This document shows positions 12,001 to 21,100 of a stretch of DNA of 34,566 nucleotides, one piece after another. The position numbers and the translations under genes were made by a program. Within the stretch, counting starts at the first letter, position 1. Every line of letters starts with the position of its first letter. The notes beneath the pieces are model-generated. The model saw only the letters and a program-made list of their open reading frames with translations, was not told the DNA's origin and did no database searches. The DNA comes from Rhizaria sp. SCN 62-66 (Eukaryota), in assembly GCA_001724265.1 (NCBI GenBank), contig MEDY01000660.1:186001-220566 (forward strand). The letters are read 5' to 3'.

Positions 12001-15000
12001 ACGATGAAGGCGGCCGGCATCGACACGCGCCTACTCAACGCGAGGCTGCTCGACTCGCTGCCGGCCGAGAAGCCCGTCCACGCCGCCAACACGGCCGACA
12101 CGGCGCGGTCCATCGCGCAGCTCGTGTGTCCGCTCGTGGCGCTGACCTTCGCCCGCGTCTCGCGCGCGCTGCTCAACGACACGCGCGCAGTCGTCGCCAT
12201 GCGGCTCGCGCAGATCTTGCTCGAGGCGCTGCTGCCCGCACAGGCCGTGGCCGCCGCCGGCGCCGCGGCTGGGCTGGGCGGCGACGGCGACGTTGTCGAC
12301 TTCCTGCTCCGCGGCCGCCTCAGCGCCAAGACCAAGGAGCGTCTCGCCACCAACGCCAGCCTCACGGCCGCCGCCGCGACGTCCGTGGCCGCGGTGCGCG
12401 GCGTGGCGGGCAAGCTGGGCATCAACGCCGTGTCGCTCGAGGGGCTGGAGCAGCTCGTCGCGCTGCCCGCGTTCGCGCAGCTGGCGGGCCACATGCAGGC
12501 CAACGCCGACCGCTGGACGCGCTTCATCACGCCAGAGGTACGTAGTAAAAGAATCTCTCTTTGTTCTTTGTTTAACTGAAATGGCATCTTCAATTTGATT
12601 TTTAACATATATTCGCTATTTATCTTTATTTTATTCCCAATTCCTCACATTATATTACGACATATCGCTACTTTGTTTCTTTCTCACTCTTTAGGCGTTC
12701 GCTGAGGAGGAGGCCGCCAAGACCGCCGCCTCCGGCGTCGACGCCGCCGGCTCCGTCGACACCGAGGCCTCCGTGCCGGCCGGCTGGGAGACGGGCGCGA
12801 GCTCTGCGGGCCTGAGCCAGCTGGCGGCGCACACGGCGCTGTGCCGCGCGCTGCGCCCCGACGCTGTGCCCGGACTGCTGCGCGGCATGGTGAGCGAGGT
12901 GCTCGGCGACGGCTTCATGGGTCTCGCGGCCGGCGTCTCGAGTCCCGAGGAGCTGGAGCAGCTCGTGACGACCGAGGCCAGCGCGCACATCCCCATCCTG
13001 CTCGTGTCGCAGCAGGGCTTCGACCCCAGCGCCCGCGTCGACGCGCTGGCCGGCGCCAAGCAGCGCCAGCTGGGCCCCGCCGCCTTCAGCTACACCGCGC
13101 TGGCCATGGGCTCGCCCGAAGGATACGACCAGGTACGGCTGAGCAGGATTTATCACTACTATGCACATTGACAATTCATCACTGAATTTATTTATTTTAT
13201 GATGGTATATATAATCCTCTTTGCGCCAAATCGCTCACATGTATCTTATATCGTCACCGTGCTTTGTGTGCTTTTTTTGTTTGTTTTTGTTTTCACTTTT
13301 AGGCCGACCTGGCGATCAACCAGGCGGCCAAGAAGGGCCACTGGGTGCTGCTGCGCAACGTGCACATGGCGCCCGAGTGGCTCGGCCTGCTCGAGAAGCG
13401 GCTGCACCGCATGACGCCCCACGCCTCGTTCCGCCTCTTCCTCTCGGCCGAGCTGCACCCCAAGCTGCCCAGCTCGCTGCTGCGCCAGTCCGCGCTCGTG
13501 CTGTACGAGGCTCCCAAGGGCGTCAAGGCGTCGCTGCTCAAGACGCTCTCCGCGGGCGGCGTGCTCACAAAGGCGCGCGTTGAGGCCGCGCCCGCCGAAC
13601 GCGGCCGGCTCCACTTCCTGCTCGCCTGGCTCCACGCAGTCATCGTTGAGCGCAGGCGCTACGCCCCCGTCGGGTGGCTCAAGCCCTTCGAGTTTTCCGA
13701 GAACGACCAGGTACGATCTAAAAAGCGAAACAGAAGGATCAATTCCGACAAAATAGTAATTTCATATCTTTCATTGTCACGTTTTCTAACTCTTCGTTGT
13801 ATGCCTTCACTTCCGCTAATTTTTCATTTGCGCTCCACAGGTTTGCGCCCACGCTGTCGTCGACGGCTGGGTGTCTGACATGGCGCAGGGCCGCCACAAT
13901 GTGCCGCCCTCGCAGCTGCCGTGGCCGGCGCTGCGCACCGTGCTCTCGCAGGTCGTCTACGGCGGCCGCGTCGACAACGTCTTCGACGGCGAGCGCCTCT
14001 CGGCCCTCGTCTCGGGCGTCTTCACGCCCCAGGCCTACGGCCACGCGTTCCCTCTGTGTTCCCGCACCGTCAACGGCGTCACCACGCCGCTGCTGACGGC
14101 GCCCGAGGGCTCGACGCTTGAGGCCTTCCTGGCCTGGGCGCAGGCGCTGCCCGACCAGCTCTCGCCCGAGGTGCTGGGGTTGCCCGCCAACGCGGAGAAG
14201 CTGCTCCTTGTAACCGCCGGCGCCGCCATGTGCAGCACCATGCTCGAGCTGCAGGTACGTGCCATCACATTACTAACTTTTCGAACGACGACGTGTCAAT
14301 TTTATTTCATGGTTTTTACTTACTCACTCCTACATGTCTTTGTTCTCTTTATTTGCTTCCGCGTCGCCCTACAGGACCTCGAGGAGACCCCCGCCGACTC
14401 CTCGTCCTCCGCCTCGTCCTCGTCCGAGGACGCAGACCCCACGAGCCCTGTCGCCGCGGCCTCCGCGAGCAGCCGGCCCGCGTGGGCGATCGCGCTGGAG
14501 ACGAGCGCGCGCGAGTGGTCGGCTAAGCTTGCGGCCATGACTAGCGGCATCACGCTCCCGCCCGTTCTGGCAGCCGCAGACTCTGCGGCCGACAGCGGCG
14601 GCAGTAGCGCGGACACGACGAGCGCGGCGCTGTCGCTCAAGCTGCAGCACCCCGTCTTCCGCTGCCTGTACCGCGAGTGGACGCTGTGCCGCCACCTCGC
14701 CGCGATCGTGCAGCGCGACCTCACGCGCGCGCTCTCGGTCCTCCGTGGCGACTCGCGCGCCGACGGCGCGTTCACCAAGGACGTGCTGTCCGCGCTGCAG
14801 GTCGACCAGCTCCCGCTGCCGTGGCGCGCCTTCTCGGGGCTCAAGACGCTCGCACTGAGCGCCGTCTCACCCGCGCTCTTCGTTACCAACGTCGGCGCGC
14901 GCTGGGTCCAGCTCGCCCGCCTTGTGTCCGCCTTCTTCGGCGCCGAGTCTGACCCCGCGGCGGCCGCTGCGGCGCTGCCCCCCGTCTGGCTCGGCGGCCT

Positions 15001-15704
15001 CTTCGCCCCCGAGGCCTTCGTCGCCGCCACGCGTCAGGTACGACTTGATTCCACTTGTGATAGTTATATTTTATTAAATCTTCTTTTAGTTTATTTTATT
15101 TTGATGCTTATTTTCCGAGATGTACCAACGAGATAACACAATGCCAACTTGCTCACTTTTCTTCCTTATTGTCCCGTCCCTTGCTTTGCTTTTACTCTTT
15201 ACACAGGCTGCTGCTCACAGTCAGAAGGTTTCACTCGAGTCCCTGCGCCTCGTCGTCACCGTCTCGACCACGCCCGTCTCGCTCACGGCCCCGGCCGCCA
15301 CGGGCGCCGCGGCCGCCGCGGGCAAGTTCACCTTCGTGGGCTTCGTCGTTCACGGCGCAGTGCTGGAGCCGCCCCAATCTGCGGCCGCCACGGGCACGCT
15401 GCGGCTGGGGCCCAACGAGCTGGACGTGCCGCTCGACGCCGTGACATTCTCCTGGCGCGTGACGGCGCCTGGTGACGCCGCGGCCGACGCCGCTGACGCC
15501 AAGAGCGGCGAGGCTCTCGCGATCCCGGCCTTTATGGACGGCTCGCGCGCCATCCACGTGCTCACGCTGCCGCTGCGCGCCACCGCCGCCGCCGCCAAGG
15601 CCACGGTCAAGGAGATGTGGGCGCAGCGGTCCGTGTGCGTCACCGTCGCAGACTTCTTCAACGTGCCCGCGGCCTTCGCCGAGGCCGCCGCCGTCAGCAA
15701 GTAA
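1..15704 (+). CDS. DYNC1H1: Cytoplasmic dynein-1 heavy chain, 5'-partial, 18 exons in window (~4,342 aa visible)
   Basis: Exons joined by hand at GT..AG junctions that keep the frame: <3-883, 1076-1610, 1792-1938, 2105-2302, 2464-2661, 2823-5000, 5147-7187, 7350-8137, 8274-8855, 9026-9205, 9360-9557, 9711-11216, 11362-12537, 12695-13132, 13303-13710, 13841-14254, 14375-15037, 15207-15704 (TAA). Motifs: tail [16 protein letters not shown]; linker [21 protein letters not shown]1 GPAGTGKTE (4824-4847) and [11 protein letters not shown]2 GPPGSGKS (5909-5932) and [34 protein letters not shown]3 GPPGSGKS (split by intron 7); AAA4 GTSGSGKT (8523-8546); stalk coiled coil/MTBD in exon 12; AAA5 [15 protein letters not shown]6 [14 protein letters not shown]. 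Motifs such as LESALRFGN and [12 protein letters not shown] point to the cytoplasmic-1 class rather than axonemal dyneins. Confidence 0.96.
884..15206 (+). other. 17 spliceosomal GT-AG introns of the dynein gene (120-192 nt, AT-rich)
   Basis: 884-1075, 1611-1791, 1939-2104, 2303-2463, 2662-2822, 5001-5146, 7188-7349, 8138-8273, 8856-9025, 9206-9359, 9558-9710, 11217-11361, 12538-12694, 13133-13302, 13711-13840, 14255-14374, 15038-15206. Each shows an abrupt GC-to-AT switch, a donor GTACG (15 of 17; the others GTGCG and GTATG), a pyrimidine tract and YAG. Removing them restores one continuous dynein frame. Confidence 0.93.
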
Positions 15705-16657
15705 GTGTTCTTGCGAAGCGGTTAAGGCGAATGCTTGACTGTTAAGATTGAATCTGTTGATGACATTTTTTCATTCATTTTTTTTGAAAGTTTTTTTTTT
15801 AATGTGTGTTTTTTGTTATCCTGACTCAGTTTTGAGCGCATGCTTTATTGTAGTGTTGATACTAGACTGGAGATCTTGTTTCGACGTAACGGTAGAGCTA
15901 CTTAACAATTGAGATCAGGATGTTTCTTTATGCCCGCTTTTTATTTTGTATTGGCAAGATATTTTTTGATTTTTCGGAGGATTTTGTTGATTGGAGAAAA
16001 GACTAGACTCTAATACGAGCGGAGCCATGACGTGAGCTGTTGCTTGTTTAGTTTGCTTTGTTTGTTGAAGGTGGAGTTTATGCCGTTGTTCAAATGTATG
16101 TTTGTTCTAATCGTGTACAAAATTTTATGGCCGTGTGGTTTGTGTTGTCGTTTCATTTTTTTCGTTTTGTAAGCGTGTTTGAGCTGGAGACTCACGCATA
16201 CTTATTTTGATTGCAATACATCTCGCACAGTGATGCAAAACATTCTTTGACTTCACACATGTATTTATCATGCACTGTATATTGATTAACAAGACCAAGC
16301 TGCTGGCTTTTGCTGAACACTTCCTAAATTGATACTTCAGTAGCCAACTCGAGAGCAATAACCAATACCTCAATATATGCAAGAAAGTCTTGTACAAAAG
16401 TGTTTCTGAACTGATTATATCTGCTTCTGAAACAAACTTGCTCTGTATCATACACAGAAAACACACACATAAACTAAATATATAACATACATTTCAAACG
16501 ATCTCTCATACTTCACCGCCGTGTCAACACAGCAGCCCAACAAAAACGCAGCAACGAACTCCACCAAACGATGACGGCCCTCTTTGGTTGGCCAACGCCC
16601 CCACCCGAGGCGCCGCACCCGGCCGGGAGCGAGCTCACGCACGCGGACCATGCGTGC

Positions 16658-17457
16658 TTACGCGTTGCCCATGTCCGTCTCCAGGTTGGCGACCTCGGTG
16701 TCGACGTCGTAGAGCCGCGCGCGCAGCTTGTCGAGCGCGCGCTGGATCTGCTCCTGCGCCGCGCCCAGGCGCTCGATCTGCCGCTTCTCCTGTTCGCGCA
16801 CCGCCGCGCTGCTCTTGGCGACTGGGCGGGGCGGCCGAGAGCGAGCGCAAGATGAGGAGCATGTCGAGAGAGATGGAGTGAGAAAGTGAGAGATTGGCTT
16901 GTGTTCGAGTTCAAATGAGGCGACAAAAGGATTTAAAAACGTTATGATATATATTCGAATCGAGATGGCATATGTCGGCGGAACGTACAGAAGGGCGTGA
17001 GCACAGTCTCCGGAAGCCTGCGCGGCGGGGGTGACTTGAGCACCGCGAGTGCCTGCGCCGTGGGGTTCACGAAGACGGTCTCATCGTACTTCTCGAAGAT
17101 CAGCGGGTCGCCGCCCGGCACGGCGCCCTCGCCGAAGAGGCGCAGGTTGTGCTGCAGCGACACGGGCTGCTCCTGGAGCGCGTCGACGAAGGTGATGGTG
17201 ATGTGCACCGTGAACTCGCCCCAGCCCAGCTCAGAGACTTCGTAGGGCGGCTGCGACAGCACGCGGATAGGCTCCGCGAAGGACTCGTGGAGCTTGAAAG
17301 TGACGTGCTTGATGTAGCTGGACATGTCCTCGTTGTCGAGCGAGCGGACGTAGAGGATCCAGCGGTGTGAGTTGTCGCCGTCCTTCTGCGCCAGCAGGAA
17401 GCTCGCGTTGCCGTACAGGAACGGCTTGGAGAAGGAAACGCCGGCAATGCGGGTCAT
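16658..17457 (-). CDS. YAF9: YEATS-domain protein (Yaf9/GAS41/YEATS4-like, NuA4/SWR1 subunit), 210 aa, 2 exons: 17457-16989 and 16821-16658
   Basis: Exon 1 has the YEATS signature (KPFLYGN, SHRWILYVR, VTFKLHESFAEPIRVLSQPPYEVSELGWGEF). Splicing out 16988-16822 joins it in frame to a C-terminal coiled coil (AKSSAAVREQEKRQIERLGAAQEQIQRALDKLRARLYDVDTEVANLETDMGNA, stop TAA). This is the typical Yaf9/GAS41 architecture. Exon 2 is absent from the supplied ORF track. Confidence 0.9.
16822..16988 (-). other. Intron of the YEATS gene (167 nt, phase 1)
   Basis: Minus strand reads GTACGT...CTCAC...CCCAG; removal gives an in-frame fusion to the coiled-coil exon. Confidence 0.87.
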
Positions 17458-18134
17458 TGCAAGAGGAGTAAACCGGTCAATCCGGACGTTGAGAGCCTTG
17501 TGTGTGGTGGAAAGAGACGGGGAGTGGCTGGAGAGGGGAGGGGAGAGAGCTGGGATGGAGTCGGCAAAGCAACGGGGAAGTTGTTTTGAATCAATACAAT
17601 GAGATTTCGTTTGCGGAGAGTTTAATTACAAAAACATGTATAAACAAACGGTTTCAATTCGCGGCAGCGGTTTCAGCGCGACTGACGAAGGGATGAGTGC
17701 AAGGGAGTGCCGTCTTTTCTCGATCTTCGCCTATCTTGACGTTGGCTTGTGGTCGATCCTGGGGGGTTGGCTCTGGCTCCCACACACTGCATGTTATCCC
17801 TCCTGTCTCATTTGTAAATACAATAACAGAAATAAACATATGTGCTCTCGAAATTTCAATCCGTTCGCATTCTAGAGTCAGATTACATCAGCAGGAGTGT
17901 TTGATGACCTGTTTATCTTGTCCCTCAGCAAGCCATTGAAGCCAGGCCCGTTGCAGCTTGGCGCCCACCAACTCGAACTGCGGCCCATCGGTGTCTCACC
18001 TTCGAGTTGTTATAAGAGTTTGTAGGAGCGAAACCTTAATTAAATTAGTTTATTACACACTACCACACAATTATATTGCGACACGACTCATCATGCATGT
18101 TATAATTCCACTTTTTCGCTGCCTGACTCGCCAG
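17458..18134. promoter_or_regulatory. Divergent (head-to-head) intergenic region between the YEATS gene and DNA2; putative bidirectional promoter/5' UTRs
   Basis: 677 nt between the two predicted start codons on opposite strands. Inferred from gene orientation only; no specific element identified. Confidence 0.4.
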
Positions 18135-21100
18135 ATGGCGAGCCTTTACAAACGCAAGGCGCCCGCCACCGCTCCCGCTGCAGTATCAACCCCTGCCGCG
18201 CCCGCACCACCCCCGCCGCCGCCGACCCTGGCAGCCCCGCCCGCTTCGGCCCCGCGCGAGCCTATATTCGGCCCGCTCCCGCCGGTGCCCGCCGCGCGCT
18301 CCCAAGCCGCCACAGTCAGCTCTCGCTCGAGCTCGAGCTTGGACGCGGTTGCAGCCTCCGCATCGCCCGTGCTGCCGCACACGGCGACGCGGCCCTGGCT
18401 GCGGCCCCCGCCCGCGTTCCACCGGCTCCTCGTGCTCGCCGCGCCCTGCGAGGACCACGGCTTCGCACCACTGCCACCGCCCGTCACGCCGGCGGCCTCA
18501 GCAGCACAAGCGGCAGCACCAGCGGCGGCGGCGGCAGTAAATGCGGCGGTAGTAAATGCGGCGGCAGTGAATGTTGGCGTTAGCCCGAACATCGGCGTGA
18601 GCGTGAGTGCGAGCGTGAGCGCCAGCACGGACGCGAGCGTGAGCGCCAGCACGGACGCGAGGGCTGAGCGGGCGCGTCACGCGCTGTCGTGTTGCGGTAT
18701 CGACCTCGACAGCAATGGCAACATCAGCCTTACGAGTGACGGGGACACAATTGACGACGCGAGCAATGCCCAAATCAACAGCAGCATCAAAACGAGTCGC
18801 AGCGGCGCCCCTGCCGGTCCCAGCGCCGGTGTGGTGCGCCAGCTGGCCGTGTACTGCTGGGACATGGCCGCCAACACCCCGGTCATGCTTCTGCTGCGCG
18901 ACGAGTGGGCGCGCAACACTCGGCATGCGTGCGATCACAGTAATTCCAGCGCTAGTTCTAGCTCTAGCTCAAGCTCTAGCGTGGGTTCTTTCTCTGGTTC
19001 TCGCTCATGCGCGTGCTCTTGTTTGCCGCCGCCGCCGGGCCCGCCCTTGGTAGCTTCCCCTCTATCGGCGCCCTTGCACAAAGGAGACATAGTGCACGTC
19101 ATCCGGCCGGTGCTTACCCATCTAAGTACCTTCTACAACAGCAGCAGTAGCAGTAGTGCAGCTGCTCGTATCACGATTACCACACCCTCTGCTGCTGCAG
19201 ACACGACTGCGGCCGCCAGTGGGCCTGGAAGTGTGACTGGCATCGTTGCGTCGTTGCCCACCGCCGCGGTGGCGTCTATTGCGCACGCGTCCGTGACCGT
19301 GGGCCGCATGGCCGTTGCAGTCGCAGTTCAAGGCCGACGCAGCCGGGAAACACTGGCGGCCGCTCTCATCAACGCCATCAACGACAACGGTATTAACAGC
19401 GTCGCTGGCGCGGTGTCACTGGACTGTGCGATGACTGCGACCGACATGTTTGCTGCAAGCGTGTCAGCCTCAGCTCGCGACACACACGCCGGCTCAATTC
19501 CCGCGGCTTTTGCGACAATTACGCACGGCAGCGCGCTTACAACAGCCACAGGCGCAGGCGCAGTTTCTGTGTGCGACGGCTGTAGCCTGGCGTATGCGTG
19601 TCTGCAAGCGCTGCATTCACACTCGTACTCGCTGCCGCAGTCAAAGAGTCGCAGTGGCGGTACCGCGAGCAGCGCGGCTAGCGCAGGCGTTGTGTTTAGC
19701 CGCGACTGGTGGCGGCTGTGGGCCCTGTCCGTCGCCCCGTCCTTGTCGGTCCCCACGCCCACTGACTCTGGTGCCGAGACCGACCGGTCGCCGTACAGCC
19801 ACACGCATATCAAACACACTATCAACACAAACAATGTTACTCATAGTACACCTGCTGCTGCTGTTGCTGCTGCTGTGCGCAACTATGGCCCTCTGGCAGC
19901 ATCAGCAGCGTCCGCGCTCTCTGCCGTCCTCGACCCTCTCTCAAGCCCCAGTGCGACCGGCAGCAGCAGCCCCGCAGCCCCGTTCCCCGCGTGGCCGGTG
20001 CCGCCGCTGCTGCTCACGGTTACCGCGCGACACGGTCTGCTGGTGCTGCACCCGGACCTGCTGCTCTCGCCCACAGTTGTCTCCACCGCGATGGGCTGCG
20101 TGCGCCGCGCCGTGCTGACAGAGCGGCTCGGAGAGACGCCATGGGCCGCGGGCGGCGCGGCAGACATGCTGCTTCCCAGAACGACGGCGAAGACTGACAG
20201 TCGGAGTGCCGATGCAAGTGCCAGTGCCAGTGCTGGTGCAAATTTAAGTGGCTCTGGTGGCAGCAGTTCTCGGGATGCCACGACAAAGGTTGTTGATAAG
20301 AAGGATACCATTAAAGCTGACGCATATGCCGACGACGAGGACGAGCTTGCGATCAATCAAGAGGAGTCTCTCTACCTGGCCAACTCAGCCGAACTCGAGT
20401 GCGACGCCTCAGGCCCGCTGCCGCTGCCGCGGCGCTTTCCTTTGACCGCGCCTTCCTACGCCGCCGCGCTGGGCTCGGCCGCGCACGCCGTCGCACAGGC
20501 CGCGCTTGCTGGCGGCGACTGGCGGGCGCGCGCGCTTGCCGCGGCCGCCGACGCGGCGACAGAGGCCGCCGCGCGCGCTGCGCTGGCGTGCGGCGGCGGC
20601 ACGGAGGGGACCGGGACTGCGACCGTGACAGGCTTGGTCCTCAACAGTGCCGGCGACAGCGACAGCGGCGATGCGAGTGGTACTGTCACTCCCAGCGGCG
20701 GCGTGTTTGGCGGCGTTCACGGGATTACCGTGACGCCGGCGCCGGTGCCGAGGAACAAACCCAACTACAATGCGAACACGAATGGTAGTAGTAACAGTAA
20801 CAACGCTGCAGGTACGACAAATATTAACAATGATGACGTTTTTTGACGTGTATTGTTCATCTTTTATATTCGGCGGTCAATTTCTCTCATGCTGTTTCTG
20901 TCATCGTCTTTATTCTTGCTTATTCGTCATAGCGTCGGCAGCGGCTGCCACGGCTGCTGCTGCGGCAACAGCCGCCGGCGCTGGTGCCAGGGTAGCCGAC
21001 GGCCGACTGCTCAAAACGCTTTGGCTCCGCCCCAATGAGCTCATCGCAGCGTTTTTGATTGATGATGCCAGCAGCAAGACAACAAGTGTCAGTTCAACCC

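Noticed and set aside
884-15206. Young introner (transposon-derived intron) family
   Set aside because: The introns share only splice signals. I saw no internal sequence similarity or terminal inverted repeats by eye. An old family cannot be excluded.
15705-16657. Small ORFs in the AT-rich region between dynein and the YEATS gene
   Set aside because: T-rich then A-rich composition fits convergent 3' UTRs; no coding-type codon bias.
16639-16657. Small hairpin GCACGC-N7-GCGTGC just after the YEATS stop
   Set aside because: A 6-bp stem in GC-rich sequence is expected by chance.
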